Source of the DNA: Microthyrium microscopicum
Taxonomy: Eukaryota
Reading direction: 5' to 3'
DNA: 58,115 bases
Assembly (NCBI GenBank): GCA_010405405.1
Contig: MU004230.1
Location: 3,630,627-3,688,741 of the forward strand
The position numbers were made by a program, and so were the translations under genes. The notes beneath the pieces were generated by a model. The model was not told where the DNA came from. It worked only from the letters and a program-made list of their open reading frames with translations, and made no database searches. Below are positions 23,504 through 37,685 of this stretch, piece by piece (position 1 is the stretch's first letter; every line of letters begins with the position of its first letter).

Positions 23504-24715
23504 CTAGAGGTTTGCTTTGTTGCCCTTTAGCCTTTCAATAAGAGACCACGCCGCTTCAGCATATGGATTCAGTTGCTTGGCATAGTCTAGCGCTTTTGCG
23601 CTGCTGGCTACTCGCATGGCGTATCGAGCAGCAATGCCTTGGATAATGATAGTTCCTCGGTAAAGAGCAAAGGCATCGCCCCAACCGATAACCGGCGCAG
23701 GATCCCATCCAGCAACTTCACGATACCATGCAATAGCTTGTTCCTTCGTTGGGAGACCTTCTAAAGCACCTGGACGGAAGTTGGTGTTTACTCGGGAGTT
23801 ATCCTCTCCGAATCCAAGCTGTGCGGTTGTATATGGAGTGAGTAGATTGGAGAGATCCGCAAGTGGGTGACCGATTGTTGCCATTTCCCAACTAGCACTA
23901 CTGTTAGTCCTCATCAATGCTGCCAATGGAATTCGCGGCTTACTCTAGAATACCAATGACTCGTGGTTCTGTCTTGTGGAAAACGACATTGTCGATCTTG
24001 TAATCGCCATGTACGAAAGTACTGCGATCTTCAGGCTGTGTCTTTGGGTTGCCAAAGAAAGCAACCATATCATCAAAATGAAGAATCTTGCCCACCGGCA
24101 CATCAGTATCCTTATCCCGTGCTTTTGACTGTGCATCCTGAATAGCATTAAACGTCTTGAGCTGTCTGTTATAAAAGCCATTTGCTCGTCCAAAGTCCGT
24201 TAAGCCCACACTTGCGGGAGATACTGTATGAAATTTGGCCAAAGTTTGCACAGCAGATTTCCACCTATAACCATGTTAACATCACAACTCACCCAAACGT
24301 GTTTCGACAATCAATCTTACAATTCAGTCCTCTCAGCCGGCGAAACACCAGGAAAATGAGCATCCTCAAATATCCTCCCATCCAAAAACTCCATAATATA
24401 AAACGGCGTTCCCACTACACTAGAATCCTCACAAAGACAATACGCCTTTGGAACCGGCACGTTCGTATTCTCCAGCGCGTGGATTATGCGATACTCGCGC
24501 TCGACTTGATGTGCTGTCTTGCTCAGCAGCTGTCCGGGTGGTTTCTTGCGCATCACATAGCGTTTTCCTGTCGCGTCGGTGAGCTGGTAGGTTGGATTTG
24601 ACTGGCCATAGCCGAACTGCTTGACTTGCAGCGGTGTCTTGATCTGTGGAACGGTTTTGGTGATGTATTGGCTCAAGGCCTCGATGTCAATCGGTTGGCG
24701 GATTGCGCCGGCCAT
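23504..24715 (-). CDS. APH/phosphotransferase-family protein (similar to the ACAD10/11 N-terminal domain)
   Basis: [68 protein letters not shown]; ends in PTS1-like ANL; two introns. Confidence 0.9.
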
Positions 24716-26891
24716 TGTTGGGTGAGTGGGTGGTGCTTGGCCAGGCTGGATTGGGGGAGATGGATATTGTGAGTTTTGGGAGATGTTTTTTGATGTTTCG
24801 ATATTGGGGATTGGGGAGTTTGCCGAGGTAGGTCGGTTTATGCATGGTGGGCAATGTGCATTTGCATCCAGGGTTCGGCTGTACTCTACTCTTAGGTTGT
24901 GCTAAGATAGCTCTTGATTCTCACTTGAAAATTGACTTGGAGAACATATTTACAGGCATTTTTTTGGTGGTCGACATCTTCTTAGTGGTTTTGGAAACAA
25001 TGTCATTGTGCCTCTGAAGTTGATTTCGCATATCAATATGGGGAGATGTCAATAGAATACCCATTGACGATAACTAGTACTACTACATCTATATAGAGAA
25101 TAGATAAGTTTCACGAGAGTCAAAGTAACTGAACATCTTTCATTCCCTATCGGAATGTTAGGTTATCGTTGGACATAGTAGACTAAACGAGGACCAAGTC
25201 GTACCAAACCAGCCCCTTCTTGGGTTTTTCGAGCCGACACTTATGATTTTGAGATCGATTAAAGAGATACCTAGAAGAATATCAAGTAACTTTTCTTTTA
25301 ATCGTGTTCCTTCCTCGTGCTTACGAAATACTTAAAATTGTTTGTCGTCAAAATGTCGATTGCTTCGTGGCGTCAAACGAAGCGACTCGTTTATGGGCAG
25401 TCTTTTAGATGACCTATAATCCGCGCATATCAACTACGATGTCTATCCATCTACCACATATTTCCATGAAATAGATGTTATTTAACTCAACTCACTCCAG
25501 TATCAAATTGAACAAAGCAGTAAGGCTACTCCACCCAGAAATGCACGAGTCCAATCAAGCTATCGCCCAAAAGGGTTGTGTGGACCCCTTGACCCCTGGA
25601 TATCAGTTTGGCAAATCAGCAGTCAGAGGAGCTTTGAACATGCATCAAAAAGCTCCGGACCGTCCAGCAACCAGGAAGGTCAAATTTCTTTCTTCGCGGC
25701 AGACGGGTAGGTGCGATCCAGCTAGTTTGGTTATGCTTTTTGCATCATGGTTCAGTAGTTTGGAGCGCGGAGTTCTACGACCTTGTGCATTGGTGCTGGG
25801 AATATAATATCTAGAGATTCTCAACAGATAGACGTTTGGGTCATATATTCAGTACTGGGGGGAGTTCCAGCTCAAATCTTTCGACCCCTAGTACCTTTTA
25901 GGATGAACGCTTAATCTTCCGAAGAGCCGTGCGGTGACTGCGAACGGGTGGGTGATTGTGTATGTCGTGTCTATTGGACGCTTTTGATATGTATAGTTGT
26001 CAAACCTCGAAAAGGGATATGCATGACGAAGACTAAGAACCTGGATATCTGCGCATTGCTGAAGGCTTTTGTCGGCGTTGCACTGGCTACTGGAGGTACA
26101 GGTGCATCTGTGGGTTGCAAAATGATAATTTCGCGCATACTACTGGATGCTTGACGAACCAATCCAGCGAGTTGAGCCGCAAGAAAATGCATCGAGTTTA
26201 CTCCAGAGTATGAGTGGATGATTCTGATAGATCCACGTAGACGTCGTGTCGACCAATCGACGGGATGAAATGGCGCGTTCTCATAACTAAGGCTTCTCCC
26301 ATCGCACTGCCTAAAGGAAATTTACTTTGATTCTCAGCGCATTCAATAGGGAGTGGAACAATGTAGGCATCCAATAGGAAATAAAGCATTTGGTCCTAGA
26401 AGGTAGCAGATGGTAGACAGCGCACTTGATGGGAGGGCGCGATTATTCTGTTGACAACTTGACGGGTTGTGGTGAAGATGGTGGCTTTTATTAAAATGGA
26501 ATGGACGCCAATAGTGTCGAGGTTGCTCTTCCCCTTTGTGACACTCACAATGTCCAAGTCTTCAACCTGCACCTTTCCTGTCTCAATCTCTCCACTGTCC
26601 CACCACAAATCTTCTCGATAAAACTATCATCCAAAAGCATATCCTGGCTTAACCTCATGCAATCCTGGCTTCCTGGCGCTACTCCCTGTGCATCCCCTTG
26701 CATGTTGTTGCTTGCTTGTTGCTTGCTACCCAAGGATTACCAGATCACCCTAAGGCCCAGACAGGTACAGTAAACAAGCGAGCAAACTCGATCCCGAAAT
26801 TCAATACCAGTCCCAGTCTGTAGACAATACAGCCGACTCGGGCAATTTACAGCGTAACTTTGTTTCAACTGTCCACTACTTGCAAGCCGCC

Positions 26892-29464
26892 ATGGCCCTG
26901 TCTACTCCCCATCGCCTCGATCAGCGACCCCCCGGTCTTCGCCCTTCGTTTGCATCCTCAAACATAAACACCGCCTCTCATCCCAACCTCAGTGTCGCTG
27001 CCTCTACTGCTATCGCTCGCAAAGCCTCCCTCAATGCTCTAACTGCCGGACAGAAAGACTCTCCTAATCCACTCGCCAACGCCAGAATGCTGGGTGGAGA
27101 CGGTCGCCCCATAGCCGTCGGCGACGCCGTCGAAGTCCCGGGTGCTATGCATGGTGTCGTCAAGTTTATCGGATCTGTTGCGGGCAAGAAAGGCGTTTTT
27201 GCTGGTGTGGAATTAAGTCGCGAGTTTGCGCCGCGTGGAAAGAACGATGGTGATGTGGATGGGTAAGTTTGCTTTGTTTTCATTTTCATCTTCACATCGC
27301 ACATGTACCTCGTACCGTTGCCATATGATCAACCACTGCTGTGCAACGAGTCGCGCTACCTTGTATTACCCGTGTTTGAAGACTAATATAAACTTTTCAT
27401 AGCATCCGATATTTCACTACTTCCATACCAGGCTCTGGTATATTCCTCCCCATAAATCGAGCTGCCCGCCGTTCCTCTGCAACCTCATCCGACTTTCCTC
27501 TCACACCTTCTACTCCCGGCTATCCTGATGGCGCCGGCACGCCTCAAACAAAATCCATAGCAATGTTTTCACAATCAGTCGGCCCAGGAGCTCGACCACC
27601 TAGTCCGTCGTTCAAGCCCAAGGGCCGACAGTCTCTTCCACGACCTGGATCACCCCTACGAAAAGGACCCGTTTTAGCTCCCCCTTCTCAGCTGCGCGGA
27701 CCATCACTTGGACCGTCCTCTCTCTCGAAGAGTCAAATGGGAGCTCCACGATTTACACCGAGTCCTGCTCCGAAAGCACAACCAATCGTCAAAACACCAC
27801 AACCTCCACGAACATATTCAAGAACAAACTCACGCTTGGGTAGTCGGATATCAACGGACCCTAGCAACGATGTTACACCAACTGGCCCAACGAGAAGTAG
27901 CGATGGATCAGGGGTTGGGTCAAACAGTTCCGGCTCTGGATTTACCCCAATAGCTCGACGATCTGTGGATGATACCCAGGCACAGGAAGAGATCGAACGT
28001 CTTAGGAAGCAAATGGAAGAAAGAGACAAACAACTCAAAGAGCAGGCGGTAAGCTTGGCGGATATGGAGAACAGTCTCATGGAATTGTCCAACCTGATGG
28101 CCGAAAATGGACACGGCCGATCAAGAAGTGGCGATTCACAAGACGATGTTGATGCAGCTCAGCTTCGAGCTATCGTACGGGAAAAGAACGATAAGATCAA
28201 CATGCTCATCGCAGAATTCGACGCGCATCGAGCGGATTTCAGGAGCACAATCGATACTCTCGAATTGGCCAGCACTGAAACAGAGCGAGTGTACGAAAAG
28301 CGGGTAGAAGAGCTGCTAGGAGAAATTCGCGACTTTCAAGATAGGACTGAAGACGTGGACACTGTGGCCCGCCAGCTTAAGCAGCTAGAGGATCTGGTGC
28401 AAGAACTTGAAGAAGGCCTTGAAGATGCTCGTAGAGGTGAAGCAGAAGCTCGTGGTGAAGTTGAATTTCTTCGAGGAGAAGTTGAACGAACACGAGCTGA
28501 GCTTCGCCGAGAACGGGAAAAGTCAGCGGCTGCGCTCCACTCTGCGGAGGAATCAGTCAAGGGCAATGAAGGTTCGCGAGATATCGAGCAGCGCGATGAT
28601 GAAATCCGAGGTCTCAAGGCTATAATTCATTCCTTGTCGTCAGGTCCGGATCTATCGGAGGCCTCTAATAGAATGAGCCTTCAACGGAGCGTCACAATGC
28701 CTGGTCCAGGAGGAGAAGAGCTCGGAAGGATGCAGTCGTCCATCGAACGTCTTGAGCGCGAGAAGAAAGAGCTACAAGGTCTGGTCGAGCGCAAAGCATT
28801 CCGTGAAGAAGAACTGGAACGAGAACTCGAGAAGCTCCAGCGCGTCTCTGTGATCAGCAACGCATTCTCGGATCGTACCGCAACCCAAGAAAAACGAAGC
28901 TCTGGTCGCGACTCGAAAGGAACCGTTCTGGAATGGCGCGGCAGTCGAGATGTGAAGCCAATGACACCAATGGCGGAAGCTGATAGTGCTAGTAGTACAG
29001 CCGGCAGCGCCATCCTTTGGTGTGAAATTTGCGAGACTGGTGGCCACGACATTCTGACTTGCCCCAACATTGATACCAAGAAGGAAGAGGATGCCACCGC
29101 TGGAGCTCTTCCAAAAGTTCATGTAAAGAATGCTTCCATCTCTAGTCAAGATCCGGATAAGCCAAAGCCCTTGACAATGGGTAGGAAATCCAGCCCACAT
29201 GTTCGCTCTCGCTCATCACTTCCTCCTCCACCTGGAGCCGCACCAACTGGACCGCTACCAAACCCAATCTCATCTCCTTCCTCTGCGTTGTCCACACCCA
29301 CTCCACGACCCACTCCCGCTCCAGTGGTCATATCATCGCCTGCGAACTCTTTCTCCTCCCTCGTCCCAGGCAAAGATGGATCGAAAGACGCATCGAAATG
29401 GTGCGCCATGTGCGAGCACGACGGGCATGATAGCATGAACTGCTCGCTAGACGACCAATTCTAA
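26892..29464 (+). CDS. CAP-Gly microtubule plus-end protein (CLIP-170/Bik1/Tip1-like)
   Basis: CAP-Gly GKNDGDVDG|IRYF, Ser/Pro-rich region, long coiled coil, two CCHC knuckles (WCEICETGGHDILTC, WCAMCEHDGHDSMNC), acidic-aromatic tail DDQF; intron 27263-27402. Confidence 0.9.
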
Positions 29465-30129
29465 AGCTCTTGTTGATACCCTTGACTTGGCCTGCGAGTT
29501 GCCAAGTCATGAATTTGTTTTCAAATCATTTCTCATGTGTTCCGAATCAGCGTCTTTGCAGCACCAATGTCATGATACCATGTACTACTATCGAGTCTTT
29601 TCTTCTTTCAGCACAGCATGGGGTTAACGGGCTGTGGGTTTGGGGATATACTGTTTCTTAGCGTTCTTGTAAGATTTTGTTTGAGAGTGCTCATGTTAAT
29701 ATTGCGACGAGCATGTTGAACTGGTTACTGGGTTGTGCATACCTCTGGATCATGGGAATGGGCTTGTTATTTTGGCTCCATTTTCTCCTGAAGACTATTA
29801 GACTTTAATTAATGATTACTTCGTCCTGGCATGGAAACCCCAAGTGTTAAACAAGCATAAAATAATCGAATAACCTCATAACTCTCAATGGTTGGCACAT
29901 TCATACATTGATCAAGTATGCAGTCACGTGATGCGGATCGCGACTCCCAAAAAAGTTGTCGTTCGAATCCTTACTTTCCAACATCTAAACACCCAACTGT
30001 CACCATTTACAAACGATACCAACGAGGCCTTAGCTCTTTCGTACACCTGTTACGCCTGCTTCTACGCTCAATTGACTCGTTGGGACCCCTGGATCGCCGC
30101 CAGCTACTTTTGAACATCGTGATGCTGTT

Positions 30130-31282
30130 ATGAGCTACCGCATACCATCGAGCCGGCTGGTTCGTCCAAGTTCGTACCAATCGCACCAAACGTCTCATTG
30201 TCTGTCGCTAACTATGCTACAGTCACGTCCCTTACTTCCATAACCATCCCGATCCGCCTACTTCCTCATCATGCCCGCCGCTATGCCACCAAAAACGAAA
30301 ATATCCTCATGGAGCGATGGCTCCAGAACCGCGGAGAAATGCCCAATCAAAAAGATCTTCAGCAAGCAGCCAAGGAAAATCTGCAGCGGGGTCAACTACA
30401 CCAAAACTCCATCTTCATTGACGCGGAGAGAGGCTATGCTGCTGATGAGGGAGACATAGTCGATGAAGAAATCAGGCCTATGAGAAACGAGTACAAGGCT
30501 TCCTCCCCCGTAGCCTTGAGCGCCGAGGACGCTGCGATTCAGGCTCTTACGAAAGACGGTGAACGCGATGTAGATCTCCTGAGACGGCGGCTGGATATGG
30601 ATCCTGAGACTCGGTTTAAGGCTGAATATCGACGGACGGTCAAGATGATGAGACGGGGCTGGACGATTACTAGAGAGCAGCATATTAAGCGTAGTGAGCG
30701 TCAGGTTCGGATGAAGAGCCCGTGGCTTAAGACGTCGACGAAGAAGTTGGGGCTGATTGCGAGACAATTGCAGGGCAAGACGGTGGATGAGGCATTACTG
30801 CAGTTGCGCTTTAGCAAGAAACGTACTGCGGGCGAGGTTGCTAGACATTTGGAGCATACGCGAGATATGGCGGTTGTGAAATGGGGCATGGGCTTGGGAC
30901 AGGTAGAAGGGACTGCTGGTGAACCCATGAACATTCGCGTTAACAATGGTACGAAGCTTGGGAGGAAGAAGCTTATTACTGATCGTACGGAGATCTTTGT
31001 GGAATCAGCCACGGTTGGCAGAGGGCCAATGCAAAAGGAGCCGGAGTTTCGAGCAAGAGGAAAGACTAATATCCTGAAGCATAGGTGGAGTTGTAAGTGT
31101 TTGCATTATGCGTTGACTTATCTTTGCTAATCCTTATCTTAGGTATAATATTCGTGCTGAAAGAAGAGATAAGTAGAATTCGACAACATGAGGACAAGAT
31201 GCGGTTGGCGGCACAGAAGAAACCAAGGATTCCGTTACCAGACAAACCAATTCCTCAACAACGACAATACGTCTTATGGTAA
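30130..31282 (+). CDS. MRPL22: Mitochondrial ribosomal protein uL22m
   Basis: Arg/Ser-rich presequence; KTSTKKLGLIARQLQGKTVDEALLQLRFSKK, VGRGP...EFRARGKTNILKH; introns ~30170-30222 and ~31093-31142. Confidence 0.9.
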
Positions 31283-31477
31283 GGTCATCTTCAGACATCA
31301 CCAAATCTGTACACTATCATCATTGTATAAACTCTTTCATCGACTATACCAAATTCAATGTTATGTAGCACAATGCATACACATAGAATAATTCCACAGC
31401 CTTATACTCCTTCATCGTATATCATTCAGTCATCGCCGAGTAAAGTATAAGTACAGTAGCTAGGTACTTCTAATCTC

Positions 31478-32439
31478 TCATGGTAGCTTTGGGAGCCTCG
31501 AAAATCCTTCCTTTGGCGGTTGAAGCCAATTCCTCTCGTCGTACGTTTTCTTCCCCTCTATTATATGGAACGTATCTGCGACCACATTAGTTCTCACCTC
31601 AAACAATATCTTCCAACCGCAAACTTACAAATAAACCGACTCCTAGCACTCAAATTCTTCTCGCTCTTATGCAAAATATTCCCATGAATCAACACCAACG
31701 ACCCAGCCTCAACCGGTCCCATCGTATACTCTACATCACCCACATCCTCCTCCCCTCCCTCCAGCCCAGCCGGAAAGCGTGATCCATCATTCTCCACCAT
31801 CGCCGTCCCGCCCTCATCTACCCGCACAAACCGCGTGTTCACCGCCGCCTTCTTATGACTGCCCGCCGCAAAGCTCAAACACCCATTCTCTGCTGTGGCA
31901 TCTTCAAGCGCATACCAGAAGCCGACTGCACTAGGTGGTTCCGTATACAAAAACGTACTGTCCTGATGTGGTGGCACGGCACCGCCGATTTCTGGCTGCT
32001 TGCATATCACCATGCTCTGTAGACAGCGAGCATCTTGATATCCTAGACTGCGTGCTATAGCTGCGTTGCGGGTGCTTAGGGTGGCGGTCTTGAATGGTGG
32101 TGATTTTTCATGCAGGTAGTGGCCTATTTTGTTGATGGCGCGCTCTTTGGGCTTGGCTAAAGTGCCGTTTGGAGTGAATGCATCTTCTTCGAAGAAAAAG
32201 CGGACTTTGTCGCCGGATGTTAGGAAGTAGTCGTCGCCTACATGGGCATCTTTGGAGGAGCCGGTGGTGAATTTTGTGAGCGGGTGGTTGGTTAGGTCGA
32301 AGTTGTTGAGGAGGTTGTGTGTTTCGGAGAGCAGGGATTTTACTGTGTCGGGGGAAAGTTCTTGGGGGATTATGAGATAGCCGTTTGTGTTGAAGAAGGT
32401 TAGTTGGTCGGAGGTTAGACCGGGTGGCGAGGGTGACAT
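31478..32439 (-). CDS. Phytanoyl-CoA dioxygenase-family (PHYHD1-like) 2OG-Fe(II) oxygenase
   Basis: NKIGHYLH, QSMVICKQPEIGGAVPPHQDSTFLYT, ALEDATAENGCL, LIHGNILHKS; one intron near the 3' end. Confidence 0.92.
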
Positions 32440-34129
32440 TATCCAGTGGGCTCCGAGTAAGCTGTAGTCTTCTATTTCTTCAGAAAATGGCCCTGGTTCT
32501 GGTGGTATAAAGATTCCTGGAGAATGGAAAGCTACATTCGGAAATTGTCTATCGTGTTTGTAGTTGAGTTGGTTGATTGAGTCAAGTGAAGCTATCGCTG
32601 GCCCCGCTGGCAGGGGCTGTAGCTGGCATTTCGCCTCCACGTCCCAATATGGTCCATTTTGATGTGAGAAGAACTGGAGTGGCTCGACACTGGGGATATC
32701 TTCAATTCGTATTTTGAACATTGAAGCTTTTGCCATGACTTTTGGCATCACGATGTCGTCGATCTGTCCAGTTGCGTTGTTTGAATGTCACACTATCAGC
32801 CTCGCTTAGCTTCCAATCGTGTACCATCAAATGATTCCACATATTCCTGGGGGTTTGGCAAACTTTTTCGCTCTGTTCGCTTCACTCGTGGATATCCCCA
32901 GACGGGCTCTTCCGCCTCTAGTCAGCCTCACTGGACATGATGTGCTCGTCTCCATCCCTGGAACGGCGGTTGCAGACTAGTACACATCACTGAATTGTAT
33001 CAAGAGGATAGAGTTGCTCCTCATATTACGATTAAGACTAACTACAATGTTACACACCCTCTGGACATTGCTGGACAAAACGTCTAACGGAGAGGTCCCT
33101 GGAGTGATGTCGGTATGGTAGGAAAGGTACCATATACTCTCTTCATCGTCGTTTGGAGCAGACCAGCAACCGCCAGCTCCGTCGTGTAGCTAAACTAATT
33201 GTCCCAAATGATCTTTACTTGTCCTTTATCGAGGTTTACTCGTTTTCAACGTCATTGTCGAGCACAAGGATATCCATATAAACTTAAAATCTCGCTCTCT
33301 GCTCCCCACCATGACGGCTAAGCCCACCCTCTTGCATGCTGTATGAAGTTTTTGAGGACGGGTGCCACGATATATTCAGCGTGCTAGGGCTTCATTTGAT
33401 TCTCTTACTCGATCGCGGACGCAATCGTGGGACCGTTTGTGGAGCTAGCACGAGGTTCTGCAAGCATTCAAATGTTGCTAGACATACGATAGCTTTATCA
33501 GATGGTGCGAAATCATGCATCAAGGCTCTCACTTCTACACGAAACCTCCAGTTTGAGCCCAGAAAGTCGAAAATATAAAGTCCAAAGCTAATTGCATTGT
33601 ATTTTACAAATTGTAGCCTTCTATTTGAAAGATCAAATGAACTATCAGAGGTTATGCTGTGCACTTTACAGATCAGTGATCGATGATACAACTATAGCGC
33701 GCTTTTCTGGTAAGAACCTTGAAACAGTTTACAGCTATGGAAAAACTTTCGTCCACGCTTGTGGGGAAGTTCATGCTCGTGCTGCGTTCCCTGCTCGCTT
33801 CGTGCTCTCGATCTCTTTTCCAATACGCTGGAGAATTATGGACTTGGCGACCTAAGTTGCCGTGATAGAGACAACGCTTCCACGACACTTCGAAATGATG
33901 CACTCGAGTCTAGATGTGGTTACTACGTGTTGGCTGAGGGCCCCGCAGAACTTGATCTTCGATTTATGTCAACTTATTGCGTAAACAGTTTTTATAGCAT
34001 CTGACCGATGTGTAGAACCTATAAGAGCTCTACAAGTCCCAGAAACAACCATCTTCTTACCAAGCCACGAGCTACATGAAGACTGTCACAAAAGAAGCCT
34101 CATAAAACCCACAGCAAAATCATATCATC

Positions 34130-35797
34130 ATGCGTTACTCCCTTGTTCTCGCAACCCTCGCGGCCTCGGCCATTGCGACCCCATACATCAACGTAGAAGT
34201 CTCCGAGGCTGGTGAACTGCTCGACCATGAGCGTCACAACCAGCATGATCAGAACAACGATCATCACAACCGCAACCGCCATGACAGGAACCGCAGCCGG
34301 GACCGCAATGACATGGACCACCATCACCGTCGGGGCCGAAATGGCCGAAATGATCGCGATGATCGTGATGGTAATGATGACCAGGACAACAATGGCTGGT
34401 TCTCTAGCTTGTGGCGAAGCAAGAATAATAATAACAACAACCGGAATGATCGGGACAATAACGGCCGCAATGATCGGGATAACCGCCGGGGCCGAAATGG
34501 TCGCAATGACCGTGGGCGTCATGGCCGCAATGATAACCAGGTGGGTGGTGGCTTTTCTAGTGTTCGCGGATAGGGACAGATGTGCTAATGAGTGGAAGCA
34601 GGATGACTTTAGCCCTGCTAACTTGATTGATGATCTCTTTGGATCTGACTATGAGTGCATTATCCAAGCTCAGTCCAGCAAGGACGAGCGCAACAATGCT
34701 CGTGAGTGCTGCCGTGAAGTTGGCGGTGAGCTCTACGACACTCCCGGCCGAGTAAGTCACATTCATTCCATATTATAACCTCTTCTGACCATGATAGTGC
34801 GTCTTCCGAGATGTCTATGAGAACCCTCGTGAGGACTGGCGCGACTGCGCTATGGACCAACGTGGGGCCAGCTTTGCCGACTGCTACACCCGCGAGCAGC
34901 GCGAAGTTGACGATGAGCTAAGCGTAAGATCCTTCTCATACCCATCATCCTGTTTCATCTTGCTGATCCCACCACAGAGCCGTCGCCGCAACAACCAAGA
35001 GCACGAGCGAAGCCGCAACAGCCGGGACAACCGCTCTCGATCCCGCAACGGCGGCCGCCGCGACAGAGACCGCGACGACAATGACCGACGAGACCGCGAC
35101 CGTGACGACGACCGTGACGACAACGACCGCCGCCAAAGCAACCGCAACCGATCCCGCAACGGCGATCGACGAGACCGAGACCGCGACGATGATCGCGACG
35201 ACGACGACAATGATCGCCGCCAAAACAACCGATCCAACCGCCGCAACGGCCGAGACAACCGCGACAACCGCGACCGACGAGACCGTGATGATGAGCGAGA
35301 CAATGATTACGATTCAGAGCGCTCTGGCCGAAACGATCGTGACAACCACCGCAATGGCCGAAATGGCCGTGATAACCGCGACAACCGCGACCGACGAGAC
35401 CGTGATGACCGACGCAACCGTGATGACCGCCACCAACAAGTTTTGAGCATTGGCGACAACAATGGCCGCGATAACAATGGCCGGGACAACCACCGCAACC
35501 GCCGTGATCAGGAGCAATTGCAGTGCGTCGTCTTCCAGGACGGTCAGCAAGATGGCCAGCAGCAGAACCGCCAGGAAATTCTCCAGCAGTGCTGTGAGCA
35601 ACAGCAAGTTGACGGTCGTCTGCAGCACGACAACAACGTCGTAAGTATTCCCAAAGTTCCTCCAGAAGATGTTGATGCTGACGAGATGACAGTGCCAAGT
35701 CCGTGATGGCCAACAGGCTGATGAGTTCTTGCAATGCACTGAGGAGCGAGGCGTTCAGCAAGAGCATGCAGACTGCTATCGTCAAGCTGACGAATAG
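34130..35797 (+). CDS. Secreted protein with Arg/Asp/Asn-rich repeats and two 6-Cys domains
   Basis: Signal peptide MRYSLVLATLAASAIA; introns 34541-34601, 34752-34797, 34924-34977 and 35641-35692 all keep the frame; TAG 35795-35797. Confidence 0.82.
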
Positions 35798-36023
35798 ATT
35801 GCAGAACTTTCTTGGTTCGCAAGACTCCCTGAGCTTTCAAGAGCTCTTTGGTCATTTGTTTGGCCCCCAAAAGTACTGGTTTCTGAGGTGGTTGCCCCTT
35901 TCTTCTTGTACATAGGATAGATGGCCCACAAAAGTAATTAACAGCCGATGAAAATCTCCTGATTCATGTCTCTTTATGATCTTGTGATGTTCGCTGAGAA
36001 TAAGTGATCCAGAAATTGTTCGT

Positions 36024-37685
36024 TCAGCGAATATAGATCGGTACTTCGTCCAAGGGTGATGACGGTCCAGAGGGATGCTCTTCCGTCAGTTCCGGACTGT
36101 ATATGTTGTCGTAGTGGACTGGGGTCTCTGGATATACGATTTGAATCGGCACCGCAAGGCGATATACACTGTCGCCCAGCGAGGACTTGATCTCTACACG
36201 GAGAGACATGCTGTATCTCCGGGCAACAAATGGCGTAAAGAATGAGGGTGATGGGAACGAGCTTTCGGCCACTGGAAGAAGCACAGTGATGTCTTTTACC
36301 CAAGTTCTTGGATCCTTTGGATTTTCCTGCTCCCATCCGTCCACTTGCAGATTGCGAATACGTTTTCCAGAAAACTTACACAGTGCTGCCAGAAACGGTG
36401 ATTCCTGTGATGAAGAGATAGTAGGATGAGCTTTCATCTTCGCCACAGAAAGATACGTCGAAGCTTTCAGCATAGAAATAATCTTGATGTTCAATGGCAT
36501 ATCCTCCGGAGACAAAGAAGACTTCTTCTTCGTCCTCAACGTCAATCGCAAAGGAACCGCCGCCATCGCCAGTCCAGTCTTTGGCTGAATCTCAATAGGC
36601 TGTGGTTCCGACGCCGAAATACTCAAACTAGCCCCCCTAAAGCCAAATCGTCGCAGTCGTTTCTCCTTGGTACACGCATATTCTCCCTTGAAATGCTCCT
36701 GGTGGATTGGCGGTGGACTCGGATTCTCAGTGTCGAAAAGAGCTACAGTCGCGATAGTGCAGTCGACTAGCTCGTCTTTGTCGTCATAGGCAAATGCCTG
36801 CACCTCGTATCTGATCTGCGAAGTAGCGCTGCAACTGAATCCTCCCGTAGGTGCCCGACATCCGTAACCAGTAACGCTGAGTGTGGATGGCAACATTCCC
36901 ATTGAGCTTGTAAAATCTTGCTGTGATTCCCACGGTTTGCGATATAGCGGGAAGTCAAAGGAGAATGCGGCCGATTTCACCTCTGCTTCGGTGAGGGAAT
37001 CTGAAGATGGCCAGTCGTGAGCTTCGACGAGATTTAATATCTTTTTTGAAATCCGTTAGTTTTGCGCAAACTCAGAAGTTATGTCTGCACTAACCGTTTC
37101 AGCGGCAAGAAGTCTATGTGGCTCCAAGCTCGTAGAGCAGTTTGTATGATGTTGTAAAACATTCATCATAGTCCCTGAAAACGATTAGCATATTTTGTAA
37201 AGCTGGTAATAATAAGACCGAATCTTACCTTTGAGAACAATCTTGACCTTGTCGATATTCCGCGAGCTCCCATTATCAACCTTCAGGGAACCTTTGACAC
37301 CCTGGCACCTCAAAAACACCGGACTCGCATTTTCCCTCATGCAGTAAGCATTCTCATACTCAAACTGCAACTTCAAATTCTTCTCCGGTGGTGTAAGGTC
37401 CTGCGTGCTAGAAGCATTCGAAGAATTGGGATACATGGTAAACTGCTCACTAAACTTTTCCAGAAAGCGGCCAAACACCTTCTTTATGCGACAAGATTTA
37501 GATTTCCGATGTGAGACAGGGGGAGCAGATGCTGGTGCATGAATTAGCTCGGAAGCTGCTGGTGGTGGAGCAGATACACCCACACCAGCAGAAGCATCAT
37601 GGCTACTAGTAATCGTAGTACATGTAGTCTCAGACGACTCGTACTTTTGGCGGCACGATTCGTAGCTCTGCACAACCGTACCCAT
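36024..37685 (-). CDS. Arrestin-like (beta-sandwich) protein
   Basis: VKGSLKV...KVKIVLKG N-lobe, FSFDFP...LPST...IRYEVQA, PSFFTPFVARRYSMSLRV...LAVPIQIVY, terminal VPIYIR. Confidence 0.65.

Noticed and set aside
29955..29985. tRNA T-loop-like GTTCGAATCC
   Set aside because: No acceptor, D or anticodon stems can be formed around it.
31478..31505. PTS1 on the PhyH protein
   Set aside because: SRL is internal (…FSRLPKLP-stop) and the stop context is not TGA-CTA.
32440..32751. 104-aa N-terminal extension of the PhyH ORF in the ORF track
   Set aside because: Begins at a non-ATG codon; recognisable family sequence starts at MSPSPPG.
34884..35785. Long antisense and alternative-frame ORFs (RS-rich, GC-rich)
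   Set aside because: Shadows of the repetitive secreted-protein gene on the + strand.
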